From IMG/VR virus record IMGVR_UViG_3300020213_000001: a DNA stretch of 64,000 nucleotides. The stretch is one strand, 5' to 3'. Of this stretch, positions 1 to 10,379 are shown piece by piece; the first letter of the stretch is position 1, and each line of letters starts with the position of its first letter. Origin of the DNA: a virus. The notes under the pieces were generated by a model. That model was not told where the DNA came from. It made no database searches and worked only from the letters and a program-made list of their open reading frames with translations. The position numbers were made by a program, and so were the translations under genes.

Positions 1-2976
1 AAAATTGTTAGAGTTTATCCCAGTAGTGTTGTTGGTTATGGCTCTTCTATATAGAGGAATAGAAAACGTCTTGTCAGAAGAATTTGAGTCTAAAATAACA
101 GTTAAACCATCGTTTGCCCCAAACTGATAGGTATCCGCAACATGGAATCTATCAGCTACCCTCAATCTGCGGATTAATTGACTGGAATCAATTTCAATAT
201 TGTTTGCCGTAATTGCGTCAATCTGAACAGACTCTCCAGAAGAGATGTTGTCTGGTATTAACCCAAACGGCTCTTCCATAGTAACCTGTGCGTTTGGATT
301 TATTCCAAGTGAGGATATGTCGGCGGCAGAATCAAAGTCCGAAACAGTAGAGTTTGGTGGGTCTGAAAAGCTATCGTCTGTAATCTTTTCGTGAATAAAC
401 AACGGAAACTCGTTATCAGACGCTTCACTAACTTGGAATGCAAACAAGGAAACTTGGCTGGATTGACGAGTGTTTTCTTCGAAGTTAATCAATTTACCGG
501 ACTCGTCAAAGGTTATTACGAAAACTTCGCCATCTAACCCCTCTGTCTGTGTTGTGACAGAGATGAATTCATCATTTTCAGCAACAGAAGTAGCCCCAAT
601 GATATTCTCGGACAATGAAGCGGCAATGCTGTTTATGTTATAAGAACCTGAAGCTATTTTTACTTTCTGAATAGCTTTTTTAGTTCTAACTACTGCAATA
701 CCTTCGCCCCAAACAATTGGACCCTCGATTACTGCAGAGCCGTATTCTGAAGGAGTTACCTTAAGTTCAATATAATTAGCTGCATTGGCGTATACTTTAG
801 CCTCAAGCCTGTTTGCCGTAGACAAGTCTGTAGACCATAGAATTACCCAGTCTCCTACTTCAACGTTATCAAAAGCAGTGGCATCGTTTGATGTATATCT
901 AATGACATTGACTGCTGGCTTGGTTACAGAAATTGTAGTGTCGGAAATCACACCAGTGTTTATATAAGAAGCGTCTTTATTGTCAATCAAAAACCATAGG
1001 TATGCGTCGTTGATCAGTGTTACTGTATTACTAACAAAGGGGCTACTTACGATGCTGCCTTTTGTAAATTCAGTTCCGGCAGTTAAGCTATCTCCAGCCT
1101 CAAGCGGCTCTATTAGTTTAAACTGAGCAGTGTTTCTAGACAGAATGAAGTCAGCCTCAAGACCACTTGCTTCAAGACCGATTAGGGCGGTAAATAAACC
1201 CTTGACTACTAGTGTTGAAGTGGGGTTAATAGAAAGACTTGCCCTAGAGCTTGATCCTAAATTTGAAGAAATAAAGATTTGATTGCCGTTAATGGATGCC
1301 GTAACACCTGTTATTTTTGTATTGAAAACATTAACCCAAGACTCAAGACTGTTGTTTTTAGATACAGAGGTATAGCTACCCTCTTCAAGGAAATCAGAAT
1401 TTGTAAAGGTATAGGTGATTTCTTGAGTACCATCTACAGACAATAGAATAGTGTCACCAGTTGTAATGGCGTTAGACCAATTAGACTGGTTTTCTGTAGT
1501 GATCTTAGCTGGACGGCCGTTTCTGTTTAGGGCTTTTTTGTTCTTATATAGCCGCAATGTCTGGATTTCTCCAACCGGCAACCCTAGTAGTTCACCGGCA
1601 TCGTTTCCAAAAGTAGGGACTGTTTTCTCTAGAAACTCACTCTCTTCTTCTCTAGAAAAAATAACCACTCTAGTTCTATTCTCTATAGTACTAGCTGAAT
1701 AGCTAGACGTTGGGTTTGCATTGATAGAAGATATAACCTCATCGGCAGTAGCATTTCCTGGAGATCTAAAGTCTTCATTTTCAAACGTATGTTGGGATAT
1801 TTCCCCACCAACAAGAATGGCCAACCTATCTCCGCCAGTAATCTGAAACGGTGCGGTAGCGTTGGATACTAGAAAAGCCTTAGCTACAGAAGTTTGTCTT
1901 CCGCCGGTGGCTAGTTGAAAATACTTTTCGCCACCTAGAGCGGAGTCGATGATAAACTCAAGACCCACACCATCTGTTTTTTCTTCGTAACCTTCACCAT
2001 CATCAATAAACATTGTAGTGGTAACGCCGTCTGAGAAAATCTCATTAGACTTAATTACGGCGTTTTCATCTGGAGCCTTTGCTCCCAACACTGCTGATTT
2101 TACAGCAATAGCAGTCCCCAACCCTCTAGAAATTCTGGCTAGCTTAATTCTAGTCCTAATTTCAGGATCGGTGTCTGCATTTTTTCCAGTAGTAAAGGGA
2201 CTATCGTTGGTTACACTAGCTCCCGAAAACGGGTTAGAGGAAAACTTCTTAATTCCATTTCTAGGTACGTTTCCATCCGAACCAGGATCTTGGGCGGCAA
2301 CAGGAACACTGGTGATTGAATTTTCTCCGTCTAGAATAACGGCTTGTTGAGTAAGTGTGAAATTAACATCTCCAGAAACGCCTGAAGTAGGTGATACCAC
2401 CACTTGACCAGCCGCAACAGTACGGACTCCGCCTTGAGCTAAAATAACAGACTCTGAAATATTGTGAAATTTAGAGGTAATAGATGTTAGGTTAATCTCG
2501 TAATATCCACCAACAGTTGTTATAGAGCTGTAAGCTAGCGGTCCCTCGACGTTTGGGGTACCTCGGCCGATATAGATTGATCCGGTGGCACTAAACAAGG
2601 AAGCTTCGGAAACCTTAATAACGTTAGAGCCAATATTGGGAGGATTGCCGCCTGCATAGATTTTAGTAGAAATCTTATCAAAAGATGTGTCCCTAATAGT
2701 AACAGTTCCTGTGGCTACCCTGTCTCCGTCTACTTTTACGAATTCTTCGCGGGCTATTCTTTTTAGTTTTTCACCAGAAGCCCTGTCTACGTTGAAATCC
2801 CTCAAGATAGAAAAGTTGTCGGCTGAAGCCCTATATACTGCCTGAGCCATTGCTTCAAAAAACGAAGTTACAGCAGAACCTGTATTTAGGTCTGAAATAC
2901 CTCTGGAAGCCATGTAGGAGGCTAACATGTCTGAGAGTATCTGCTCGTAACTTTTGGGTAAGGGTACACTGGCCAT
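1..2976 (-). CDS. Baseplate J-like (wedge) protein, large, 3' end outside window
   Basis: ATG at 2976 with AAGGA SD; N-terminus MASVPLPKSYEQILSDMLASYMASRGISDLNTGS...DRASGEKLKRIARE...ATGTVT is typical of baseplate J; absent from ORF track because it runs off the window. Confidence 0.75.
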   Translation of the reverse strand, partial: MASVPLPKSYEQILSDMLASYMASRGISDLNTGSAVTSFFEAMAQAVYRASADNFSILRDFNVDRASGEKLKRIAREEFVKVDGDRVATGTVTIRDTSFDKISTKIYAGGNPPNIGSNVIKVSEASLFSATGSIYIGRGTPNVEGPLAYSSITTVGGYYEINLTSITSKFHNISESVILAQGGVRTVAAGQVVVSPTSGVSGDVNFTLTQQAVILDGENSITSVPVAAQDPGSDGNVPRNGIKKFSSNPFSGASVTNDSPFTTGKNADTDPEIRTRIKLARISRGLGTAIAVKSAVLGAKAPDENAVIKSNEIFSDGVTTTMFIDDGEGYEEKTDGVGLEFIIDSALGGEKYFQLATGGRQTSVAKAFLVSNATAPFQITGGDRLAILVGGEISQHTFENEDFRSPGNATADEVISSINANPTSSYSASTIENRTRVVIFSREEESEFLEKTVPTFGNDAGELLGLPVGEIQTLRLYKNKKALNRNGRPAKITTENQSNWSNAITTGDTILLSVDGTQEITYTFTNSDFLEEGSYTSVSKNNSLESWVNVFNTKITGVTASINGNQIFISSNLGSSSRASLSINPTSTLVVKGLFTALIGLEASGLEADFILSRNTAQFKLIEPLEAGDSLTAGTEFTKGSIVSSPFVSNTVTLINDAYLWFLIDNKDASYINTGVISDTTISVTKPAVNVIRYTSNDATAFDNVEVGDWVILWSTDLSTANRLEAKVYANAANYIELKVTPSEYGSAVIEGPIVWGEGIAVVRTKKAIQKVKIASGSYNINSIAASLSENIIGATSVAENDEFISVTTQTEGLDGEVFVITFDESGKLINFEENTRQSSQVSLFAFQVSEASDNEFPLFIHEKITDDSFSDPPNSTVSDFDSAADISSLGINPNAQVTMEEPFGLIPDNISSGESVQIDAITANNIEIDSSQLIRRLRVADRFHVADTYQFGANDGLTVILDSNSSDKTFSIPLYRRAITNNTTGINSNNF

Positions 2977-3006
2977 AAAAATCCTTATCTTTTATAATAC
3001 CACAGA

Positions 3007-5673
3007 TTATACTTCGAACGTTATAGGGACTATTCCACTTCCACCAGCAATCTTTACAGACATATCAATAAATAAAGTGGGGCCGTTTAACCTGATACTG
3101 ATACTGTCAATAGCATCAAATCTGGGATCGTCTTGAACCATTTTATTCAAAGCACTGATTATTTCGCCGCTTTCTATGTCTGCTAGTGAAATACCCACAG
3201 ACAACCCTAGTCCAAACTCAAGGTGTCTTAGTAGGGTGCCCTTTTTTGTCCTAATTTTAAGCTTAAGGGCTTGAATTAGGTTTGTAAGACCGTTAGCTAG
3301 TTGAAACTCTCCAATATCATTTATAGCCAAATCGCCATTGTCGTCTAGCAAGAAATCGACCTTGGATACTTTGCTTAGATTGTCTTCGTCTAAATGACTA
3401 GGTGTTCTTATTCTGTCATCTGGGTCGGACGGGGCATCTACTGGGATATAAATTTGATTCTGACTATTTACAGTTCCCGGTAAATACCCCTGAATCTTTG
3501 CATTGCCAGCGGTAGTTAGAAGGGAAAGGTTATCCAACCCATCAAAACTAATTAAAAAATTGCCTTCACCTATCTTCTCGATATTGATGATTTTTCTAGT
3601 AAAAGCAGGCACAGTGTCACTTTTTAGGGTTATTTTCTGACCTATATAAAACCTACGTTCGGTGTCATCTACATTTATCTGCCTACCGTCTCCATTGGAT
3701 AGCAAGCTATATATAAATCCGACTTCATCTATGTAGGGAGAAGTTAGCTTGTTTAAGGTAGCTATTTCTACCCACTTGTCAGGGTTTCCTAAATATCTAG
3801 CCGCAATGGCTTCAATTGTTAATCCAAATGGAATGGGAACTAGTAGTTTTGACTCTGATTGATCAAAATCAATACCAGCTTCGCCAGCCAATCCGCCAAC
3901 GTATTCCATCGGGTCTTGTATAGACAAATCATCGAAGGCTTTTGTGGAAGTTAGTAGGTCATACATTTGAATCGTGTCAAACAATGATGCTAATAGTTCG
4001 TTTTCTTCAATAGACATCGGCAATGTTCTTGCTCTTGGGTCTGGACGACCGTAAACGTCCGAATACACTTGGCTTCCTGCTCCAAATACGTTTGACAAAT
4101 CAAGGGCAAGTGTCAATATTTCCTGTCTAAAATTTCTTAAGTCATTACTAGTAATCAACCTAGTACTGTCTATTTCGTCATCAATAGATTGCCGCTGCTC
4201 TGGAGAAATAGACAAACTATCAATGTCTACGGCATCAAATAAATCAAAATAAGTCTCTGGATTTTCAAAAAACTCATTAGTAGCACTAGTTCTTTGAGAC
4301 TGAGACGCCCCTAGCCCCAATGCGCCGCCAGAAACAGCATCGTTACTTAGACCTTCACTATATAGACTTTCAAACCTTATCTGATTGTAAGCTAGTCCAG
4401 CCTTGATTTCCTGGCTATCTGCCCGAATGGCTCCTGCTGTAAATAAACTGCCTGAAGAGCTTCCAGAACTGCCTCCAGGGCCTCTTTGAAACGAACTTCC
4501 AATGATGTTTAGAGAGTCCCTTATTGAAGACCTATAGTCACTGATAATCTGTCTAGGTAGGTCGGCAACACTTATTACCGCTCCCGACACATCCTTTATC
4601 AACAAAGCTGTTTGCCTTAGAACGTTCAAAGGAGCTTGAAAATCTGTTCTAACGGCTTTAATCAGATTAATACTATTCCCAACAAGCCTGCGACTTTCTT
4701 TAACAGTGCCCATAACTCGTTGAAATACGTTAGCATCTAGCTCGGGTAGTAGCTGTGACCCGGCGGCAGGTGCCTCTAGTTTAATTCTTTTCCAAGCCTT
4801 AAGCTGTAGATTCCACAGCATTTCCATGGGTTTCTCTTTGTTTTGCTCAAGAGAAAAACCCTGTGGAGTAACGATAAATGCTTGATTTTGCTTAGGAATA
4901 TCGAAAACTAAACGCCAATTCTTGTTTTTTGGGTTTCTTTTTGCGACAACATACCTTTCAAGGAACTGACCAAGAAGGAGTGCCTGGTAGTAACCTGTTG
5001 AAAACACTGTAGACCCATCATTAAATGGCTCAACCGCATCTGTAGTGGTAGCTGGATACGATCCAGAAAATGCCCTAGCAATTCTCTTAGAATCACCTAG
5101 AATATTGTTAAACTGACTAAGGCTTCCTGCGAATATACTGCCCAAAGAAGAGGGCGACCTGGGAATACCGCCTATAGAGGGCTTTTGGGGCCATATACCC
5201 GTGGTACCCTGAGCTGTAATGGTCTTAAACCTTACACCGCCGTGTTCTTCTACAATACCCCTCATTGTAGCGCTGGTGTTGATTGCAAATTCATCAGCAA
5301 TTCTAAGCATTTGAGGGGTTATTGGTAGGTTAAGCTCCCAAGATCCATTTCGGATTTCTTGGGTTAAAACATACTCAAAACCACCGTTTTCCTGTGGTCT
5401 GGAGGTTTTTCCTTGAGTTAAAGTACCGCGAGAAGAGCCTCCTCCTAGTATTTTATTAGGTTTAGTGATGTCTATAACCAATAGTCGGTATGGGTATAGC
5501 TTGTCCCACCTAGAAGGATCAATATCTAACGGCTTAAAAAAGGCCTCTTCTGGTTCGTTTAATTTCCAAGCAGAAGGCTGTATTCCGGTGGAATTACTGA
5601 CTTTATCACTACCCAACCCTAATTGTTTGGATACGAAATTCTGTCCGTTTTTTATCAGGCTATTGGATGCCAT
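3007..5673 (-). CDS. Multidomain baseplate protein (LysM/tail-X-like segment plus C-terminal gp25/GPW-like domain)
   Basis: TIEAIAARYLGNPDKWVEIATLN LysM-like motif; C-terminal GDLAI...NLIQALKLKIRTKKGTLLRHLEFG...DPRF is gp25/DUF2634-like; adjacent to baseplate J. Confidence 0.65.
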   Translation of the reverse strand: MASNSLIKNGQNFVSKQLGLGSDKVSNSTGIQPSAWKLNEPEEAFFKPLDIDPSRWDKLYPYRLLVIDITKPNKILGGGSSRGTLTQGKTSRPQENGGFEYVLTQEIRNGSWELNLPITPQMLRIADEFAINTSATMRGIVEEHGGVRFKTITAQGTTGIWPQKPSIGGIPRSPSSLGSIFAGSLSQFNNILGDSKRIARAFSGSYPATTTDAVEPFNDGSTVFSTGYYQALLLGQFLERYVVAKRNPKNKNWRLVFDIPKQNQAFIVTPQGFSLEQNKEKPMEMLWNLQLKAWKRIKLEAPAAGSQLLPELDANVFQRVMGTVKESRRLVGNSINLIKAVRTDFQAPLNVLRQTALLIKDVSGAVISVADLPRQIISDYRSSIRDSLNIIGSSFQRGPGGSSGSSSGSLFTAGAIRADSQEIKAGLAYNQIRFESLYSEGLSNDAVSGGALGLGASQSQRTSATNEFFENPETYFDLFDAVDIDSLSISPEQRQSIDDEIDSTRLITSNDLRNFRQEILTLALDLSNVFGAGSQVYSDVYGRPDPRARTLPMSIEENELLASLFDTIQMYDLLTSTKAFDDLSIQDPMEYVGGLAGEAGIDFDQSESKLLVPIPFGLTIEAIAARYLGNPDKWVEIATLNKLTSPYIDEVGFIYSLLSNGDGRQINVDDTERRFYIGQKITLKSDTVPAFTRKIINIEKIGEGNFLISFDGLDNLSLLTTAGNAKIQGYLPGTVNSQNQIYIPVDAPSDPDDRIRTPSHLDEDNLSKVSKVDFLLDDNGDLAINDIGEFQLANGLTNLIQALKLKIRTKKGTLLRHLEFGLGLSVGISLADIESGEIISALNKMVQDDPRFDAIDSISIRLNGPTLFIDMSVKIAGGSGIVPITFEV

Positions 5674-5774
5674 GTGGTTGAATTCTCGGGGTTTAAAAGA
5701 AGGGAAAAGAAGTGGTATTATAGGTAAAGATTGAGATTTAAAGCAATCTTTAGATAAACCATATAAAAGGCTGT

Positions 5775-5915
5775 ATGAATTTCAACTTTCTATTCGGCTC
5801 CATTATAGTCCTTGGCACTATCATTAGTGTAATTTATAACACAAAAAAAGCCATCCTAGCTAAAGAAAAGAAGTCACGACTAAAAATCGTACAAAACCAG
5901 TACAACAGGCAATGA
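5775..5915 (+). CDS. Small membrane protein (46 aa)
   Basis: MNFNFLFGSIIVLGTIISVIYN... one TM helix; ATGA overlap with 5912 ORF; below ORF-track cutoff. Confidence 0.5.
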   Translation: MNFNFLFGSIIVLGTIISVIYNTKKAILAKEKKSRLKIVQNQYNRQ

Positions 5916-6454
5916 GAACAGTTATTTTAATCCTTATCACGTTTTTCCATTCTGCATGTGTTGTACTTAGCATTGACAAACAACACCCAGACATTCACCC
6001 TGAATTAAGACCATATGTAGAGGAAATCGTAATGATGTCTAAGGGTAGGATAAGACCTATACATCTTCAAGGTCTTACAATGGGTTTTAAAAAGTTTGAT
6101 TCGAATGACAACGCCATAGGTCTGTATAAGCTCACATCTTACGAAATTGATATCAACATTGACTGGTGGATTAACACCCCTTCTCAAACAAAAAGGTTTG
6201 AGTTAATAGCTCACGAAATAGGCCACGCTGTTCTTAAAAGAGGACACACTAGTGGTACTGGTTACGAATCCATTGGTGGATGGCTGGAAAGAACATGTTT
6301 TTATTTTGGTTTTTGCAAAACAACCCCCTCTCTAGAGGACGGCTGTCCTGCATCTTTAATGCACCCGTATTCTATAGACGAACAGTGTCTTGACAGACAT
6401 CTATCTCATTACATAGAAGAGCTATTTGAAAGAGAAACAAGTGTCAATAATTGA
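5912..6454 (+). CDS. Exported metzincin-type zinc metallopeptidase (probable lipoprotein)
   Basis: HEIGHAVLKRGH zinc motif, SLMHP Met-turn, hydrophobic N-terminus ending SAC. Confidence 0.7.
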   Translation: MRTVILILITFFHSACVVLSIDKQHPDIHPELRPYVEEIVMMSKGRIRPIHLQGLTMGFKKFDSNDNAIGLYKLTSYEIDINIDWWINTPSQTKRFELIAHEIGHAVLKRGHTSGTGYESIGGWLERTCFYFGFCKTTPSLEDGCPASLMHPYSIDEQCLDRHLSHYIEELFERETSVNN

Positions 6455-6734
6455 CTTTAAAACTCACGTTGATGTAATAATGACCAGCCTAGAGTCTGTT
6501 ACTCATTATTTTGAAATCTCCACAGATGAAGTTGAAAGACGTATTCTTTTGCATCTTAAAAACGAGTATATGGGAAAGCTTAAAGAGCTAGGAACTGACG
6601 TAGATATAAATAATCCCGACATAATCCATATCTACAAACAAAAAATTGCCACTATTCAAGACTTTATCTCTGATATCTCAAGTGAGATGGCAAGGAATGG
6701 AACTGAAAAGTGTGATTACTACTACGAAGACTAG
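6426..6734 (+). CDS. Hypothetical protein
   Basis: ORF following the peptidase, converging on 6731 gene. Confidence 0.5.
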   Translation: MKEKQVSIIDFKTHVDVIMTSLESVTHYFEISTDEVERRILLHLKNEYMGKLKELGTDVDINNPDIIHIYKQKIATIQDFISDISSEMARNGTEKCDYYYED

Positions 6735-8035
6735 AGAGTTTTGTAAATCCTAGCGTGGTTTTCATTTGTATATTTAGCCGGTATCTTTACATTTAAAGTA
6801 ATAGAATTACCAGCAATAGCCACAATACTTCCTGCTATTTCTTCCTGTCTTTCAGCAACAACATAGATATTGTCCGATACGCTAAATAAAGAGCCATCTG
6901 TTACATGGATTGTGGTGGAATTCAAAGCAGGAGCCCTAAATTTTGAAGATTTTAATACTAACCCATACACCTCTAGAGCGTTATCGTTAGATGCTATTAG
7001 CTCATCTTGAACTGTTTTTCCAAGTTCTAGGCTGACTACATTGTTAAGCGTTCCAGTCAAAAGATTCAATCGTAAATCAATAGCTTTAAATCTCCTATCA
7101 TAAAGCCCACTACCTGTGTTGTTAATAACACCTGTTGTAAGGTTTTGACCAATAGTTCCTAGATTGGGGCTCAACTGAGATGCTCTGGTAATGATATAGG
7201 CTTGTCTTGCAATGATTTCAGTTTTAAGAACGTTAAACTCATTACTTCTAAACTTAGAAGAAGTGAAATCTGAAGCAATTAAGGCGTTATAGGCTGCCAC
7301 TGTTGCTGGCAATACCGTAGTGGTGTCAAATGTCGGATAAGCTATCCAGGCATCTAAAATAGCTATTGTGTTGGCAATATCCGCAATGGCAATATTGTTT
7401 TGAGACTGTCTAGCAATATCTGGGTCTGAGGCCAATATCTGAGCCTGTTCTAGTATTAAGAATGCCCTTAAATCGTTTATTTTTGTAATAAACAAAGGTG
7501 CCAGTGTCTGTATTGGGGCATATGGCGTATAAACCCCGTCAACCGTAGTCTTCTGTCCAGTAGATCTTTCAGGAACAGGATACCCATCAACTGTCGCAAA
7601 ATCATTAAAAATTGGAGTTAAATGGTCATCTTCTTTTGCTGTAGAGGTGGTTGCCTCTATGTAGGTTAAACCCTTTGCTTTAGAGCCACTGAAGGAAGGG
7701 AAAAACTTCCAAACCCCGTCAGCGATACTCGGCAGAACTACCTGAAAGTTGTTCGGAAAGAAGAAATTGTTGAGGATTTTTCTTGCTGAATCAATAAAAT
7801 CCTGTTCAAGCAGTGTAGTATACACCTCACCTGTTAGAAAGGAACGTTCTGATTGATACGCATTAATAATAGGAGTAATGTCGTCGGCTATTGACTTGTT
7901 GGCATTATCTTTGACTATAGCCTTAGCCCTCTCTAATTCAATCTGGTCCTTAATCATAGAAGCAGATGTGTTTTCAACGGGAATATCGATGATTTTCCTA
8001 GAAATGGCTATTCTATCTGATTGAGTCAATGGCAT
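6731..8035 (-). CDS. Hypothetical protein, probable virion structural protein
   Basis: 434 aa ORF with SD, preceded by GGGCAATCTTT putative late motif. Confidence 0.5.
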   Translation of the reverse strand: MPLTQSDRIAISRKIIDIPVENTSASMIKDQIELERAKAIVKDNANKSIADDITPIINAYQSERSFLTGEVYTTLLEQDFIDSARKILNNFFFPNNFQVVLPSIADGVWKFFPSFSGSKAKGLTYIEATTSTAKEDDHLTPIFNDFATVDGYPVPERSTGQKTTVDGVYTPYAPIQTLAPLFITKINDLRAFLILEQAQILASDPDIARQSQNNIAIADIANTIAILDAWIAYPTFDTTTVLPATVAAYNALIASDFTSSKFRSNEFNVLKTEIIARQAYIITRASQLSPNLGTIGQNLTTGVINNTGSGLYDRRFKAIDLRLNLLTGTLNNVVSLELGKTVQDELIASNDNALEVYGLVLKSSKFRAPALNSTTIHVTDGSLFSVSDNIYVVAERQEEIAGSIVAIAGNSITLNVKIPAKYTNENHARIYKTL

Positions 8036-8053
8036 TGTAAGTCCTTATACCTC

Positions 8054-8064
8054 AAAGATTGCCC
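8054..8064 (-). promoter_or_regulatory. Representative putative late promoter (GGG)CAATCTTT
   Basis: Intergenic copies at 5726(-), 5744(+), 8054(-), 21728(-), 43729(-), 58267(+). Confidence 0.55.
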
Positions 8065-8580
8065 TTATGAGCCTGACAGGAAGCTGTCTTTGTTCCAGCT
8101 AGGCCATCCGGCTATCTCTTTAGCGTCTTTATTCAGGATAGGGCTTGCCTGCTCTTTGAGGCCCGAGGAGCCGAAACCGCCACCACCACGGTCAGTGTCA
8201 TCTAGGCTGTTTACAACTTCAATTGTGACTTCTGGCTGTTTTTGTACTACCAATTGAAATAAACGTTCACCGATAGCGGGTTTGTTTTCTTCTTTATAGC
8301 TATTAGTCTTATAAAGAAGCCCAATCACCTCTCCTGAATAGTCACGATCAATCAAACCTACTGAATTGAACAACATTAGCCCTTTCTTGTGCAGGGAAGA
8401 TCTTGCAAGCAAAAAGCTGAAATGACCAGCGTCAGGCTGTACTGAAATGCCGGTGTAGACCTTAAAGTGATCTGAAAACTCCTCCACCTTGTCTGCATAT
8501 AGGTCTAATCCCGCTGCCTCTTTGGAACCTGCGGTAGGCAAGATAGCCGTATCTGACATTTTTTTTACCTTTAGCTTCAT
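8065..8580 (-). CDS. dut: dUTPase
   Basis: AAGLDL, ARSS, GLIDRDYSGE, DRGGGGFGSSG trimeric dUTPase motifs. Confidence 0.95.
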   Translation of the reverse strand: MKLKVKKMSDTAILPTAGSKEAAGLDLYADKVEEFSDHFKVYTGISVQPDAGHFSFLLARSSLHKKGLMLFNSVGLIDRDYSGEVIGLLYKTNSYKEENKPAIGERLFQLVVQKQPEVTIEVVNSLDDTDRGGGGFGSSGLKEQASPILNKDAKEIAGWPSWNKDSFLSGS

Positions 8581-9230
8581 ACTATCTCCCTGTCTAAAAT
8601 TGCTTTAACCTGTCTTTCTGTTTCACTCAAAGTTCCATTGTTATCTACCTTAAAGCACCTGTCTCTAAACTCAAAAACACATCGCTCAGACGGATGGGAG
8701 TTTTCTGTAATTACCTTTTCAGCTTCATCGCGTTGGATATAAATAGGAATGAATTTAATATCAGGCATTTTATAAAAATAATCAAACTCATTAGGGAACC
8801 TACAGTCAGAGACAATGGTGACCCCATGCTTTTTAATCTTTATTTGCCTGCAGTGGATGTCTTGATCACCACCCACCCTTAGAACTTCTGTGCCTACAAT
8901 CTGAGCGATATGGCGAGGTGAGTTTAGACTCATACCAATAAAGTCATATTTAGAGTCAATTTCTACTTTTGTCATATAGATATGAAACTCCTCTAGAACA
9001 CACTGAATATCCTCGTTAGTAAGAATCTTAGGGATTTCAAACGGAATTTCCTTAAGCTCTTGCTTGTCAAACTGATTGCGCTCTAGACCAAAGACTAAGC
9101 AGCATGTATTTTTAAGCTTATTTGCAAGGGCTGTTTCTGTAGCCTCAGGCTCAAACTCGTGAATCATATGTGAAACTGTAGACTTTCCAGAAGTTTTTAC
9201 ACCCACCAAACCAATAACAAAAGTGTTCAT
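8577..9230 (-). CDS. Deoxynucleoside monophosphate kinase
   Basis: GVKTSGKST P-loop, SPRHIAQIVGTE, VSDCRFPNE, HPSE motifs of T4 gp1-like dNMP kinases. Confidence 0.85.
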   Translation of the reverse strand: MNTFVIGLVGVKTSGKSTVSHMIHEFEPEATETALANKLKNTCCLVFGLERNQFDKQELKEIPFEIPKILTNEDIQCVLEEFHIYMTKVEIDSKYDFIGMSLNSPRHIAQIVGTEVLRVGGDQDIHCRQIKIKKHGVTIVSDCRFPNEFDYFYKMPDIKFIPIYIQRDEAEKVITENSHPSERCVFEFRDRCFKVDNNGTLSETERQVKAILDREIV

Positions 9231-9293
9231 CTATCCTCCCTTCTCAGTATCTTATTGCAATGCCCCACCAGACTAGGACAATCCATCTAATCA

Positions 9294-9965
9294 TCATGCG
9301 CTTTGTATAACCGTTTCTACTTCAACACTATTCTTAAAAGGCTGTACGTACATCTCATAAAGGCTTGATTTTAAACGATTTCTATAAGTAATCCCCATAG
9401 GCTGTAGTATGTCTTCGTATTTACGAATTACATTCATTGCTTCCTTTAATGTTAACTTACTAATGGTTTTCTCGTCAACCTCAATCTCAATAAAATGCTG
9501 TACAGAGTTATCTTCACCCCTAACTGTGTAGAATACCAAGGTAGTGTCGTCCTTCATCTTATAGATATGGCAGGCCTTCCAGATCGAGAAGTTGCGCTGA
9601 TACCCCATCATCTCCGCACCTGCGAAAATAGTTTCAGCGGGAGTTCCATCTACTCTCCAGTTGACTTCTTTACGTTTAATGTTAGACTTAGCACCTATGG
9701 GTTTCTCTTTCATAGTCACTTCTGCACGCTTTTCAGTTGTAGCCTTTCTAAAGCGTAGGAAAGATCCGTCTGGCTTAGTGAAATAGATATCCGGCCCTTC
9801 ACAGTAGGTAAATGTTTTATAGTCTAATTCGCTTACGATAGCCTTAAACCTGTACTGACTATCACCAGTTACTTTGTATTTTGCTTCAAACTCGGTGTGA
9901 TGTGGAAGCAATTCATTTTCTAAATTTTTCAATAACTCTTTTGAATCCATTTTCCAATACCTCAA
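9294..9965 (-). CDS. CYTH-domain protein (triphosphate tunnel metalloenzyme); likely start 9950
   Basis: EFEAK (ExExK), DIYF, LRFR, FIEIEV, SLYEM CYTH motifs. Confidence 0.8.
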   Translation of the reverse strand: MRYWKMDSKELLKNLENELLPHHTEFEAKYKVTGDSQYRFKAIVSELDYKTFTYCEGPDIYFTKPDGSFLRFRKATTEKRAEVTMKEKPIGAKSNIKRKEVNWRVDGTPAETIFAGAEMMGYQRNFSIWKACHIYKMKDDTTLVFYTVRGEDNSVQHFIEIEVDEKTISKLTLKEAMNVIRKYEDILQPMGITYRNRLKSSLYEMYVQPFKNSVEVETVIQSA

Positions 9966-10314
9966 TAATTATAATCATAACGCTAGTAAAAACAGCTTCA
10001 AAATACATATTAAGAGCACATAGACAGCCTATAGCAGCGCATATCCAGATTATTGCCGCTGAATTAAGGCCCTTGACTTTATTTCTGTCAAGTATAATAG
10101 CTCCACCGCCAACAAACCCAACACCACTTACTATTTGAGAAATAACCCTTCCTGCGTCAAAAACCTGAACTCCCATCAGCGTAAAAAGAGCAGCTCCAAC
10201 ACAGATTAGTGCAGAAGTCTTTAATCCTGCGTCTTTTTGCTTATACTCACGCTCCACCCCTATCAGAGTTCCACAAAATAGCGATGTCAATATAGGCAAT
10301 ACGAAGTCATTCAT
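9913..10314 (-). CDS. mgtC: MgtC/SapB family membrane protein
   Basis: IGVERE..QKDAGLKT, SQIVSGVGFVGGGAI, GLNSAAIIWICAAIG. Confidence 0.9.
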   Translation of the reverse strand: MNDFVLPILTSLFCGTLIGVEREYKQKDAGLKTSALICVGAALFTLMGVQVFDAGRVISQIVSGVGFVGGGAIILDRNKVKGLNSAAIIWICAAIGCLCALNMYFEAVFTSVMIIIIEVLENGFKRVIEKFRK

Positions 10315-10379
10315 TTACTACAGTCTCACAAGTAGTCTTTACCTAATAATACCACGGTTTTTAGATACTGGGCTCAGCT

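Noticed and set aside
785-2350. Plus-strand ORFs at 785, 1451 and 2018
   Set aside because: Antisense shadows of the long minus-strand baseplate gene
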